Shown piece after piece: positions 15,894 to 25,808 of a DNA stretch of 30,396 bases (the first letter of the stretch is position 1; each line of letters starts with the position of its first letter). The DNA is from Candidatus Auribacter fodinae (GTDB lineage Bacteria; Auribacterota; Auribacteria; Auribacterales; Auribacteraceae). Under the pieces are notes generated by a model. It ran no database searches and had not been told where the DNA came from. It saw only the letters and a list, made by a program, of their open reading frames with translations. Location of the stretch: assembly GCA_003599815.1 (NCBI GenBank), contig QZJZ01000101.1, forward strand, positions 1-30,396, in the 5' to 3' direction. Both the position numbers and the translations under genes were made by a program.

Positions 15894-15923
15894 AAAATTG
15901 GGATGTGTCCCTAATTAAAATTG
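15894..15923. repeat. Right terminal inverted repeat / subterminal hairpin of the transposase element
   Basis: AAAATTGGGATGTGTCCCTAATTAAAATTG; inverted copy of 15164-15190. Confidence 0.6.
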
Positions 15924-16277
15924 TTTTTGAATGATAGGGGCAACAGTTTCTTTATCTATTCCGTTATTCTTACAATATTGCGAATTGAGCCAATCAGAAA
16001 GAATTTTCGTTCCCTTGCTTGAGTTACAAGAAGAACAACATAAAGCAATATTTTCTCTGGTAATAATGCCTGCATCGTTTATGATATGTTCCCATGTTGC
16101 CACATTTTTTCTAGAGCAACCACGAGGAACAGATTCAAGAAGTTCAACACCACAATAAACACAAAATTTATCCCTCTCGCGCACTTCTCTCTCGAGCCAT
16201 TCAGGGATACCCCAAGCATTACTCATTTTTCCACACTCCCGACATCTGTTTGAGACTAAAATACTGACAGACACCAT
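15915..16277 (-). CDS. Small stand-alone HNH endonuclease
   Basis: CVYCG...WEHIIN...N..LCCSSCNSSKG is the CxxC...H..N...CxxCN..K(G) HNH core. Start is ambiguous: ATG at 16277, or ATG at 16226 with a GGGAG RBS. The stop lies inside the right IR of the neighbouring element. Confidence 0.65.
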   Translation of the reverse strand: MVSVSILVSNRCRECGKMSNAWGIPEWLEREVRERDKFCVYCGVELLESVPRGCSRKNVATWEHIINDAGIITRENIALCCSSCNSSKGTKILSDWLNSQYCKNNGIDKETVAPIIQKQF

Positions 16278-16328
16278 TTATTTATACCCCGAACAATCAA
16301 GGTCGTTCACTATTACCCCAAATGACGC

Positions 16329-18917
16329 TTACATATGAGCCTTGAACACAAGCGACCCGTCTGCCATATCAACGGTGATCGCCTCACCGTCAGTGATACT
16401 GCCGTCGAGCATTTTCATGGCAAGCGGGTTGAGTATCTGCTGCTGCACCGCCCGTTTCAAAGGACGCGCCCCGAACACAGGGTCATACGCTGAATCCGCA
16501 AGATAATCCTTAGCCGCGTCAGTCAAGGTTAGCGAAATATTTTTTTCAGCGAGCCGTTTATCAAGACGGGTAAGCTGTATATCTATAATACGCCCGATAT
16601 CCGCACGGGTAAGGCTGTTAAACAGGACAATATCATCCACCCTGTTCAGGAATTCCGGTCGAAAATGCTGGTTAAGCAGTTCAAACACACTTTCTTTGAT
16701 GCGTTCCCTGTTGTCGCCGCTCATTTCCCGTATGAGATGACTGCCGATATTCGATGTCATGATTAAAACAGCGTTTTTAAAGTCCACGGTACGCCCTTTG
16801 TTATCCGTCAATCGCCCTTCATCGAGTATTTGCAGAAATATATTGAACACATCATGATGCGCTTTTTCGATTTCGTCAAACAGGACAACCGCGTAAGGCC
16901 TGCGGCGTATCGCTTCGGTAAGCTGTCCGCCTTCCTCGTAGCCGACATACCCCGGAGGCGCGCCGACCAGCCGCGAAACAGAATGTTTTTCCATATACTC
17001 GCTCATATCAATGCGAATCATGGCTTTTTCATCGTCAAACAGGAACTCGGCAAGAGACCGTGCCAGCTCGGTTTTACCCACGCCTGTGGGTCCGAGAAAC
17101 ATGAACGAACCGATCGGGCGGTCAGGATCCTGTATATCCGCGCGGGCACGGCGTATGGCGTCAGACACCAGAGTGATAGCGCCGTCCTGCCCGATAACCC
17201 GCTGTTTCAGGCGGTCTTCCATCTTAACCAGTTTCTGGCGTTCGCTTTCCAGCATTTTCGATACGGGCACGCCTGTCCATTTGGATATGATTTCCGCGAT
17301 ATCCTCCGCATCGACTTCTTCTTTGAGCATCACGGATATTTTCTGGAGTTCAGCCAGTTTTTTGTTTTCCGCGTCGAGTTTATCGTTCAGCTCGCGTGTT
17401 TTGCCGTACCGGATTTCAGCGACCTTTTCCAGTTTGCCTTCACGTTCATATCGTTGTTCTTCGTTTTTAAGTTGTTCGAGCTGTTCTTTTATCGCCCGGA
17501 TGCTCTCTATGATGTCTTTTTCCTGCCGCCAGTGCATTTTGAGCGAATCGCTTTTCTCTTTTGACTCGGCAAGTTCTTCTTCCAGTTTGTTCAGCCGTTC
17601 TTTGGACGCAGGGTCTTTTTCCTTGCGCAGAGCCTGCTTTTCGATTTCCAACTGCATGATACGACGTTCGATTTCGTCTATTTCAACAGGCATGCTGTCG
17701 ATTTCGATGCGCAGTTTGGATGCCGCTTCGTCTATTAGGTCGATTGCCTTGTCCGGCAAAAACCGGTCAGTAATGTATCGGTTGGACAACATCGCCGCCT
17801 GAATGATAGCGTTATCCGTAATACGCACGCCATGATGCACTTCATATTTTTCTTTCAGCCCTCTCAGGATGGAAATCGTATCTTCCACGCTCGGCGGTTC
17901 AACCATGACAGGCTGGAACCTTCGTTCCAGAGCGGCGTCTTTCTCTATATATTTGCGGTACTCATCGAGCGTGGTTGCGCCGATACACCGCAGTTCGCCT
18001 CGCGCAAGAGCGGGCTTCAGCATATTCGATGCGTCAACAGCGCCTTCCGCGCCACCGGCTCCGACAAGCGTATGCAGTTCGTCTATAAAAAGGATAATTT
18101 TCCCTTCTGCGGCTTCCACTTCGCGCAGAACGGCTTTCAGGCGGTCTTCAAACTCGCCCCGGAACTTCGCGCCTGCGATCAAAGCCCCGATATCAAGCGT
18201 AATCAGTGTCTTGTTTTTGAGTCCTTCCGGCACGTCGCCCGCGACCATACGCTGAGCAAGGCCTTCGACGATAGCGGTTTTACCCACTCCCGGTTCGCCG
18301 ATAAGGACAGGATTATTTTTTGTGCGGCGTGATAAGACCTGCATGACACGCCGTATCTCATCGTCACGCCCGATTACCGGATCGAGTTTTCCTTTGCGGG
18401 CAAGTTCGACAAGGTTTCTGCCGAACCGGGTAAGCGATTCGTATTTGCTCTCAGGATCCTGATCGGTTACACGCTGTGAACCACGAATAGATTTCAGTAC
18501 GGAAAGAATATCGTCCGGTGTCATAGAGAATTGTTTCAGTATTCCCGCCGCCCGTGATTTGGTTTCGAGCGTCATGGCAAGAAGCAGGTGCTCTGTACTG
18601 ATATACTCGTCTTTGAGTTTTTCCGCTTCGTTTTCCGCTCGGTCAAATACGGATTGGAGCTCAGCGGAAATGTACATATTCGACTGCGCGCCGTATACCT
18701 TCGCATCTTTTTCCAGAGCGGACTGGCACGCTGACCTGACCGCATCGGGCTGTATACCGAGTTTCTTGAATAACGGTTCAATGATCCCGTCCCGCTGATC
18801 AATCAGAGCAAGCAAGAGATGCACGGATGTGATTTCCTGATGCGAATAGTCCCGTACGAGCCGCTGGGCGTCCTGAAGCGCCTGCTGGCTTTTGATGGTT
18901 AAATTATCAAACCGCAT
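16329..18917 (-). CDS. clpB: ATP-dependent chaperone / disaggregase ClpB (two AAA+ modules plus coiled-coil middle domain)
   Basis: 862 aa. Double Clp N-domain. Walker A GEPGVGKT and GPTGVGKT. Long coiled-coil M-domain. Colinear with ClpB. Confidence 0.95.
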   Translation of the reverse strand: MRFDNLTIKSQQALQDAQRLVRDYSHQEITSVHLLLALIDQRDGIIEPLFKKLGIQPDAVRSACQSALEKDAKVYGAQSNMYISAELQSVFDRAENEAEKLKDEYISTEHLLLAMTLETKSRAAGILKQFSMTPDDILSVLKSIRGSQRVTDQDPESKYESLTRFGRNLVELARKGKLDPVIGRDDEIRRVMQVLSRRTKNNPVLIGEPGVGKTAIVEGLAQRMVAGDVPEGLKNKTLITLDIGALIAGAKFRGEFEDRLKAVLREVEAAEGKIILFIDELHTLVGAGGAEGAVDASNMLKPALARGELRCIGATTLDEYRKYIEKDAALERRFQPVMVEPPSVEDTISILRGLKEKYEVHHGVRITDNAIIQAAMLSNRYITDRFLPDKAIDLIDEAASKLRIEIDSMPVEIDEIERRIMQLEIEKQALRKEKDPASKERLNKLEEELAESKEKSDSLKMHWRQEKDIIESIRAIKEQLEQLKNEEQRYEREGKLEKVAEIRYGKTRELNDKLDAENKKLAELQKISVMLKEEVDAEDIAEIISKWTGVPVSKMLESERQKLVKMEDRLKQRVIGQDGAITLVSDAIRRARADIQDPDRPIGSFMFLGPTGVGKTELARSLAEFLFDDEKAMIRIDMSEYMEKHSVSRLVGAPPGYVGYEEGGQLTEAIRRRPYAVVLFDEIEKAHHDVFNIFLQILDEGRLTDNKGRTVDFKNAVLIMTSNIGSHLIREMSGDNRERIKESVFELLNQHFRPEFLNRVDDIVLFNSLTRADIGRIIDIQLTRLDKRLAEKNISLTLTDAAKDYLADSAYDPVFGARPLKRAVQQQILNPLAMKMLDGSITDGEAITVDMADGSLVFKAHM

Positions 18918-18927
18918 AGTAGTCCCC

Positions 18928-19764
18928 TTACCTTAAGCTCATCAACCGTTCAATACGCTGTTCGGTGGATGGATGCGTACTGAATAAACTGGTGAAAAAA
19001 TCTTTTTTGAACGGATTAACGATAAACATATGTGCTGTTGCCGGAGAGCCGCCGACCACAGGGTTGCGGCGGACGCTCAATTCAAGTTTACGCAACGCAG
19101 ATGCAAGCCCGTCCGGCGAGCCGGTTATCGAAGCCGCGCCGGCATCCGCCTGAAACTCGCGTGCCCGCGATACAGCCATCTGTATGATAAGCGCGGCTAT
19201 CGGCGCGAGGATAGACAACACCAGCAGTCCCAGCGCGTTATCGTCTCTGCGTCGTCCGCTTCCCACAAACATGAACGACCACCGCAGAATATTTGCCAAC
19301 ATCGCTATGGCTCCCGCAATGGTAGCGGCAACAGACCCGATCAGGATATCGCGGTTTTTGATATGGCTCAGTTCATGAGCTATTACGCCGCTCAGTTCTT
19401 CCTTATTGAGCAGGCGCAGTATGCCTTCAGTAACCGCCACGACAGCGTGCTTCGGGTTGCGTCCTGTGGCAAAGGCGTTCGGGCGCGATTCCGGTACAAT
19501 GTACACGCGCGGCATCGGAAGATTCGCTCGCTGAGCAAGTTCCCTAACAATCGAATACAGCTCCGGCGCGTCAGATTCCGATACCGGTTGAGCGCGGTAC
19601 ATGGTTAGCACGATTTTATCGCTCCACCAGTAACTGGAAAAGTTCAGCGCGAGAGCGATCAGGAAAAAAAACATAGCTCCCTGCGAACCGCCAATATACC
19701 CGCCGAGCATAACCAGCAGTACGGTAAGTAATCCGAGAAGAAACACTGTTTTCATGAAATTCAT
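18928..19764 (-). CDS. htpX: Zinc metalloprotease HtpX (M48 family, membrane heat-shock protease)
   Basis: [10 protein letters not shown] (HExxH) plus N-terminal TM helices. Start taken at MNFMKTV (ATG 19764) with an AAGGAG RBS 9 nt upstream. Stop is 10 nt before the clpB start. Confidence 0.85.
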   Translation of the reverse strand: MNFMKTVFLLGLLTVLLVMLGGYIGGSQGAMFFFLIALALNFSSYWWSDKIVLTMYRAQPVSESDAPELYSIVRELAQRANLPMPRVYIVPESRPNAFATGRNPKHAVVAVTEGILRLLNKEELSGVIAHELSHIKNRDILIGSVAATIAGAIAMLANILRWSFMFVGSGRRRDDNALGLLVLSILAPIAALIIQMAVSRAREFQADAGAASITGSPDGLASALRKLELSVRRNPVVGGSPATAHMFIVNPFKKDFFTSLFSTHPSTEQRIERLMSLR

Positions 19765-20048
19765 TTTTCTAACTCCTTTTTTATTAATCATGTCGCTATT
19801 TTTATTAACAAATACTATACCCTATACTATCGATTGGGCAAATTAAAATTATTCGAGTTCAACATCACACCTGAAACGCCGTTTCAACTGAGGTTAAACC
19901 GTCTTGCCAGTTAAATTATGGGTCATAATGTCTCAGTGATATCAAAAAGATGGCACACATAATTTATATACTTTTTAGTTAGAATCAGACGCTTAATATG
20001 GTATTAATAAAGAAAACAAAATACTTAACACTGAGAGAAGGGTTCTTC

Positions 20049-21065
20049 ATGGACAGGAAAACGATCAGCGTCATCGGCGACGGTGCATGGGGCACTGCCC
20101 TTGCGCTCCTGCTCAATGATGCAGGGCATAAAGTTACGATCTGGGGCGCGTTCCCCGACTACATAGATGAAGTGCGTATTACACGCAAAAACGACAAATA
20201 TCTGCCCGGGGTAATCATACCGGACAACATAACCCTAACCGCTGATGAATCGGATTGTTTTGACGGGTGCGGGTTGATCGTTCTCGCGACGCCGTCAAAA
20301 TTCATGCGCTCAATTTGCCGGAGGATAAAACCTTTTATACGGCAGGCACGTTGTAACGCCCCATACATGAGCGTGGCTAAAGGTATTGAGAACGATACGC
20401 TTCTGCGCATGAGCGAAGTGATATCGCAGGAGCTGGAAACAGACAACGTCGCTGTCCTGTCGGGCCCGACGCACGCGGAAGAAGTTGCGCGTTCGATCCC
20501 ATCTGCTGTTGTCGCCGCGAGCAATAAACCGGACCTGAGCGAATGGATACAATCGCTCTTTTCTACGGAACGGTTCAGGGTATATTCCAGCTCTGACTTA
20601 AAAGGGGTTGAGCTGGGCGGGTCGTTGAAGAACGTTATCGCCATAGCGGCAGGAATTTGTGACGGGCTGGGGTTTGGTGACAACACCAAAGCCGCGCTGA
20701 TTACCCGCGGTCTGGCGGAAATGACTCGCCTCGGTGTGGTTATGGGCGCTGATCCGTTTACGTTCTCGGGGTTGTCGGGTATGGGCGACCTGATAGTCAC
20801 CTGCGCGAGCCGCCACAGCAGGAACCGGGGTTTAGGCGAAAAGATCGGTTCCGGCATGACGCTGGACGAAGCATTACAGACCACGGAAAAAGTCGCGGAA
20901 GGCGTGTATTCGGCAAAATCTGTGCATTCGCTCTCAAGAAAACTGCGTATCGAGATGCCCATCTCGGAAAAGGTATACGAGGTTTTATACGAGAACCGTC
21001 CCTGCCTCGACGCGTTATCCGACCTGATGATGCGTATCCCTAAACCTGAAATCGATTATGTGTAG
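20049..21065 (+). CDS. gpsA: NAD(P)H-dependent glycerol-3-phosphate dehydrogenase
   Basis: ISVIGDGAWGTALA Rossmann motif. GGSLKNVIAIAAGICDGLGFGDNTKAALITRGLAEM is near-identical in pattern to E. coli GpsA. Start at the internal ATG MDRKTISVIG. Confidence 0.9.
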   Translation: MDRKTISVIGDGAWGTALALLLNDAGHKVTIWGAFPDYIDEVRITRKNDKYLPGVIIPDNITLTADESDCFDGCGLIVLATPSKFMRSICRRIKPFIRQARCNAPYMSVAKGIENDTLLRMSEVISQELETDNVAVLSGPTHAEEVARSIPSAVVAASNKPDLSEWIQSLFSTERFRVYSSSDLKGVELGGSLKNVIAIAAGICDGLGFGDNTKAALITRGLAEMTRLGVVMGADPFTFSGLSGMGDLIVTCASRHSRNRGLGEKIGSGMTLDEALQTTEKVAEGVYSAKSVHSLSRKLRIEMPISEKVYEVLYENRPCLDALSDLMMRIPKPEIDYV

Positions 21066-21080
21066 TGACGCTACTACCGG

Positions 21081-22934
21081 TTAATAAATAAGCATGGATT
21101 CCAGCTCAAGGTTGGCATCGAAAAATGATACCAGAACACAAACATATTTCAAGGGATTACAGTATGCCTTGAACCGATAAATTTGGACAGGTGAGTCGGC
21201 AAAACTATCCATTTTGCATTGTACCCGCCCAATAAGAGAGTTGTTTATCTGGTTGAAAACAGTGATTGCCCCATCCTCACAATACACATCATTCTGATAT
21301 TCGCCATTATACTTTACTCGAAATTCAAAGTTATATACTCCTTTGGGCAAGGCAATAGTAAAAGAGTAGTTTTTGTTCTTATTTGGTTTCCCTTCGGGGT
21401 TTAAAGGTTCCCAATACTCATCCTCATATACAGGATTAAAATATTTAACAGGGTAATTGGCATTTCCGTCTGTGATGTGCAACCCTGAAAAAATCTGATA
21501 AGACTCATATTCATTATGAGTAAAAGACAGCGTTTTCACCGCAGATAATGTACGTTCAAATTCCTCACACCTTGCAGATTGAATGCTTTCGGATAAATCA
21601 AATATATAACATCCCTGAGCAGAGTTGATTATGGAATACGTATATGGCTCATACCTATCAGCGCCCCATAACGGCGAAAGAATTACTGATTCATCCGCTA
21701 AAAAAGTCAACTTATATGCAACCCAAAAATCAGCGAATCCCTTTGTTAAATCCTTTTTCCGCAATGTATCAATTAAATCATAACCATTGGGCTCTGTCTT
21801 TGTTATGGATAATGTCAAGCATAGTTGAATAAGCGATAAGACCAAAATGATCCCCGCCATAAGAACTTTGCTGTTGCCCACAAACTTTTGCAACAGCAAG
21901 GAAGAAAGAATCGGCAGAAGAATTATCAGATGCATGAGGTGGCGTGACGTTCCCAAATCTTCATAATTTTGTTCATAAGAAAATGTGATAATTGTAGTTA
22001 TAAAAAAAAGAGAAAAGAGGTGTTTTGGAGCAAACGCTTTTGACTTCAGAAATTGTACAATTTCAGAGATAACAAGGATAAAAAGGAAAATATAAAAAAT
22101 ACTATTTATAACGCTGAAAGCGGGATACCCCCTATCAAAACTCAAAATATGAGGAATCTTAAAAAGTACTGCCCACACAAAAGATTTAAGCAAAGCAAAA
22201 ATGTTTGAATCCGAATTTCCCAGCGGATTATAATAATGAAAATTACGGCTTAAACCAATAAAATATGGAATCGCGCCAACTAGAAAAAAAATGCACCATG
22301 CAAAAATCTTCTCTATATGAAAAATCATAAAAGTTGATTCTTTAGAAATTACATATCTGATTGAATAAGTGACAATAAATAATAGTATAAAATAGATGAA
22401 CATAGGATGAGAATACCAACCGAAACCAGCAACCACTGCCGTCAAAAAGAAAAATAAACGCTTTTCTGTCCTGACATAATTGCCTAGTATCCATAAAAAA
22501 ACGATACCGAGAAGAATATAAGCCTGATAACCGCCATAAGCAATTGTAACAATTAATGAATGCGGCGGGATCGCTAGAAAAGCAAGGCATAATAATGCGA
22601 CTCTTTTGTCAAACAATGATCGTGCCATCAGAACAATCAATATAAAAGATAGTACGGAAAAGAACAAAGCGTATATCTTAAAAGCAAAGAGACCTGTGCC
22701 GAATATCCAGAAAAAGACAGAAAGGAAATAAGCAGGTAATGCCCCCAGATATGAGTGCCCGTACCAGAAAACTGGAAACTCCAATCCCAGCCTGATATGT
22801 TTTGCCATCAGGCATAATACTCCAGTGTCAGATGTAAAATAGTCCGCTGTTCCCATAATACTATGAACGCGGTATATAATCCCTATAACAAAAATAATAA
22901 ATATAACACTATACTGCAACAGAGTTTTCTTCAT
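21081..22934 (-). CDS. Polytopic membrane protein, GT-C-fold glycosyltransferase-like (ArnT/PMT-like) with C-terminal periplasmic domain
   Basis: 617 aa. About 12 predicted TM helices. First extracytoplasmic loop has YFTSDTGVLCLMAKHI, resembling the ArnT DExRYAEISREM loop motif. About 150-aa soluble C-terminal domain. Low GC. Confidence 0.55.
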   Translation of the reverse strand: MKKTLLQYSVIFIIFVIGIIYRVHSIMGTADYFTSDTGVLCLMAKHIRLGLEFPVFWYGHSYLGALPAYFLSVFFWIFGTGLFAFKIYALFFSVLSFILIVLMARSLFDKRVALLCLAFLAIPPHSLIVTIAYGGYQAYILLGIVFLWILGNYVRTEKRLFFFLTAVVAGFGWYSHPMFIYFILLFIVTYSIRYVISKESTFMIFHIEKIFAWCIFFLVGAIPYFIGLSRNFHYYNPLGNSDSNIFALLKSFVWAVLFKIPHILSFDRGYPAFSVINSIFYIFLFILVISEIVQFLKSKAFAPKHLFSLFFITTIITFSYEQNYEDLGTSRHLMHLIILLPILSSLLLQKFVGNSKVLMAGIILVLSLIQLCLTLSITKTEPNGYDLIDTLRKKDLTKGFADFWVAYKLTFLADESVILSPLWGADRYEPYTYSIINSAQGCYIFDLSESIQSARCEEFERTLSAVKTLSFTHNEYESYQIFSGLHITDGNANYPVKYFNPVYEDEYWEPLNPEGKPNKNKNYSFTIALPKGVYNFEFRVKYNGEYQNDVYCEDGAITVFNQINNSLIGRVQCKMDSFADSPVQIYRFKAYCNPLKYVCVLVSFFDANLELESMLIY

Positions 22935-24526
22935 AAAATTTGGTATATCCTCGATGGATATCTATACTTACTTCTTCTCTCCAAGAACTCAGCATATTCC
23001 GGTAAAAAATATTTGCCGATATTCATATAAACAATTTCCTTAAGGCGCTTTTTTGAAAAAATACTTCCTTGCGTTATAATAAGCAATCTATCGTAAAATC
23101 GCGATAAAATTTTGTCTTGTACTATATTAATACCCGAGGTTCTAGTTTCAATATATCCATCTGGAATAAAACGATCGAAATGTCCCGCGCGCCATTTGTC
23201 CCTGTATTTCCCTGGTAATCGCGCAAGAAAAGGGTCTGTCAGCGCATGAACATCAATAATATATTTAGCAGGCCCGGCATAATACCCAATCATTCCTACG
23301 CACGTTTTGACCGAAACAGGGGGAAGCTCATTAAACAAATTCTTATCAAGTGTTCGCTGCAAATGTAATAAACCCGTACTTTTATAATAAAATAATTGTT
23401 CATCGCCAACACCATGCGAATCTTCAAAACTAATGCTATGTTGCCGAAAAGCATACATTGGTATCTTTACCAAAGGATTCATTTTGGAAAACACCGCCGT
23501 AAGAATCAATAATATCCATAAGCACGTTAATATCCGTTTTAAAAGAACCTTTTCATAACTTTCAGAGGTTAAGATAGTAACAGCGCAAAACACTAATGGG
23601 CTTAAAAACCTTCCACTCATAAAACAGCCGCCGATTTTAACTATATACATGAGGTACAATAATACGGATATGGAACAGACATATAAATGGCGTCTCTTTA
23701 TCAAAAATGGAACAACAATACTGCAAAAAATTACGGGAAGCGTTACTGAGTCATGCTGGATCGAATTTAGTAGATAAAATACACCTTTATCATGCATTTC
23801 ATATGATGGAATACCTGCATATAATTTCGCATAAGCAGTGTTTGGTATCAAAAAACCATAATAGACTAAAGAAAATAGCTCCCACGTTACAATTGGTAAA
23901 AATCCAAGCAGTACAAATAATAACGCTTTTTTTGACCGGTTTCTCAAAAACAGGAAAACCAAGGGCGGAAGAAAAAGAATGAGATTATCAAGCCTGTTGA
24001 GAAGTGCAAGTGACGAGAGCAGTGAAAGAAAAAATAATTTTTTAGGGCAACACCTCTTATCAAGGTACACTACAAAATATAGTGCTACCAAGAGATGAGT
24101 TAAGGGGTTTTCCAATCCTGAAGACGAAAACTCAATAAAAGAATTTGAAAAGAGCAATATTATGATTCCCAAAATCGACACAAATAAGTTGTTAGCTATC
24201 TTCTTAATATAAAGAAAGAGAGTGCAGATCGAAAGCACAAGCGACAAAATATGTGTAGTATAAAATGCCTCTCTTGTAAAATAATAAAAAAAACTCAATA
24301 AAAACAGCCACAATGGGTGTGTATACGTCTGCACTCTTTCAACAACATTCCATCGCAACCCATAACCATTAACAAAATTATCAACTGTCCGGAAAGTTAT
24401 GTATGCATCATCGCAGAGCCAACTATTGATGATTAAAACATACAGCAGCAATATGCTTATCATTAGGTAAAATATGACGGCAAATTTTAAACTCCGCGCA
24501 CTGCCGCGGGACTGATCTGTTCTCAT
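22931..24526 (-). CDS. Polytopic membrane protein, GT-C-fold glycosyltransferase-like (CDDAYITFR loop motif)
   Basis: 531 aa. Multiple TM helices. First-loop motif LCDDAYITFRTVDNF is typical of PMT_2/GT-C-like membrane glycosyltransferases. Stop overlaps the downstream start (ATGA). Low GC. Confidence 0.55.
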   Translation of the reverse strand: MRTDQSRGSARSLKFAVIFYLMISILLLYVLIINSWLCDDAYITFRTVDNFVNGYGLRWNVVERVQTYTHPLWLFLLSFFYYFTREAFYTTHILSLVLSICTLFLYIKKIANNLFVSILGIIILLFSNSFIEFSSSGLENPLTHLLVALYFVVYLDKRCCPKKLFFLSLLSSLALLNRLDNLILFLPPLVFLFLRNRSKKALLFVLLGFLPIVTWELFSLVYYGFLIPNTAYAKLYAGIPSYEMHDKGVFYLLNSIQHDSVTLPVIFCSIVVPFLIKRRHLYVCSISVLLYLMYIVKIGGCFMSGRFLSPLVFCAVTILTSESYEKVLLKRILTCLWILLILTAVFSKMNPLVKIPMYAFRQHSISFEDSHGVGDEQLFYYKSTGLLHLQRTLDKNLFNELPPVSVKTCVGMIGYYAGPAKYIIDVHALTDPFLARLPGKYRDKWRAGHFDRFIPDGYIETRTSGINIVQDKILSRFYDRLLIITQGSIFSKKRLKEIVYMNIGKYFLPEYAEFLERRSKYRYPSRIYQIL

Positions 24527-24594
24527 AGTATAACCGGATAAAAAGGATTGATATTTAAAGCAGTATGATAATCGACACGCTGAGGAGATGTCAA

Positions 24595-25653
24595 TTACTC
24601 ACTCACACCATGTTCCTGCGCCGTATCCTCAACCACAAAGCCGGATGCAGATACCAGCGAATGGGCAGATACCAGAACAAGCACAGGGTACAGTTCCAGA
24701 GCGGCCCTCGTCTCTTCCAGATAACCAAAGAAAAGCATCAATGCAGACAACGGAATGCTCCATACCATCGCGTACCTGAGGAATAACGGTTTATCTGTCC
24801 ACCGGTAGAACATCAGAAACAGAAATAAAATACCCTGCACAACAAACGACATCGGGAATGGATCTGTCAACAGCCAGTAATTATGGTTAAACAAATGAAA
24901 CTCAACCACTCCGCCGGGGTTATCCCTGAATATAAAGGTCAAAGCCCCTTTTACCGCACAATACACAACGGCTTGCACCAGAATCCGCCGGACAAATAAA
25001 TCTTTTTTCATGCGGGTTCGGTAATACATCACGAAAAGCAGTAACAACAATACGGCTGTTTCCTTATTCACGCACGCCAGCAGGAACACAAGAAAATACC
25101 ATTTAAACTGACAACGCACCATTAGTCCCAGCGCCAGCGTGAACAGGAAAAGGGTCGATAAATCATAGATGTATTCCGTATCGAAAAACGGCGCCACACA
25201 CCAGATTGCCAGAATATGAACGGCGTCACGAACGACAGCAGGTCTAAACCGGAATACGCCGTCCAGTAAATATCCGGTTGAGAACGTAAATCCGAACATG
25301 CATAACAACAGGAGCAGGATAAGAATAACGTTTTCCAGTGCGTACTCGTTATCCCAGCTTTTTCTTTCAAAAAAGCCGTTGAGCAGTTCAATGCCGGCAA
25401 GCCTCTGCCTGATATCCGACTCCAGCCCCGCAGGAATCAGCGCCGCGCACAGCCTTACGCTTTGCGGTATCAATGCCCGGTACACGTACGGTTTTTGCGC
25501 TGTGCCGTATACCATGCCGCTTATGGTTGCCTGATCGGAGTTAAGGTAGGGATATCGCATAAAAATGGAAAAAATCCAAAGGGTAGACACAATCAGGATA
25601 AAATATACAGCCGCGCGATAAAACAGGTTTCTCATTGCCTCATAGTTTTTCAT
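24595..25653 (-). CDS. Polytopic integral membrane protein of unknown function
   Basis: 352 aa, about 9 hydrophobic segments. GGAG RBS. No recognisable motif. Confidence 0.5.
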   Translation of the reverse strand: MKNYEAMRNLFYRAAVYFILIVSTLWIFSIFMRYPYLNSDQATISGMVYGTAQKPYVYRALIPQSVRLCAALIPAGLESDIRQRLAGIELLNGFFERKSWDNEYALENVILILLLLLCMFGFTFSTGYLLDGVFRFRPAVVRDAVHILAIWCVAPFFDTEYIYDLSTLFLFTLALGLMVRCQFKWYFLVFLLACVNKETAVLLLLLFVMYYRTRMKKDLFVRRILVQAVVYCAVKGALTFIFRDNPGGVVEFHLFNHNYWLLTDPFPMSFVVQGILFLFLMFYRWTDKPLFLRYAMVWSIPLSALMLFFGYLEETRAALELYPVLVLVSAHSLVSASGFVVEDTAQEHGVSE

Positions 25654-25808
25654 TGATTCTCCATAATTCAGAGACTATCATTCATTGGTGTACCAATTAT
25701 TCCCATTGAGAATACATTGTATTCTATCCGCTTTTAAGATAATATCAGAAAAAATAAGATTCAAGAACATATATGCATTGCGTATATATTAACCGATGAC
25801 GGGTATTA

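Larger units (their letters stand above)
15164..15923 (-). mobile_element. Compact IS200-like / RAYT-type Y1 (HuH) transposase element bounded by hairpin-containing inverted repeats
   Basis: Single HuH transposase ORF. It is flanked by about 27-bp imperfect inverted repeats, each containing a palindrome (AATTGGG-GACACAT-CCCAATT on the left; AATTGGG-ATGTGTC-CCTAATT on the right). Confidence 0.6.

Noticed and set aside
16830-17802. Long antisense ORFs (244 and 263 aa) on the plus strand inside clpB
   Set aside because: Fully overlapped by the unambiguous, motif-rich clpB reading frame on the opposite strand. Their translations are low complexity (Ser/Arg/Ala-rich) with no motifs, typical of GC-rich antisense frames.
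19765-20048. Sigma-32 heat-shock promoter or CIRCE operator upstream of htpX-clpB
   Set aside because: I could not find a convincing TTGAAA-N13-15-CCCCAT pair or the CIRCE inverted repeat TTAGCACTC-N9-GAGTGCTAA by eye. It is left as an open check, not a call.
20159-20962. 267-aa minus-strand ORF antisense to gpsA
   Set aside because: gpsA on the plus strand matches GpsA along its whole length. The antisense product is Ser/Ala/Arg-rich with no recognisable features.
21066-21096. Small hairpin GTAGTGACGCTACTAC between convergent gpsA and the GT-C gene, as a possible terminator
   Set aside because: Only a 5-bp stem with no following T-tract on either strand, and the convergent genes nearly abut.
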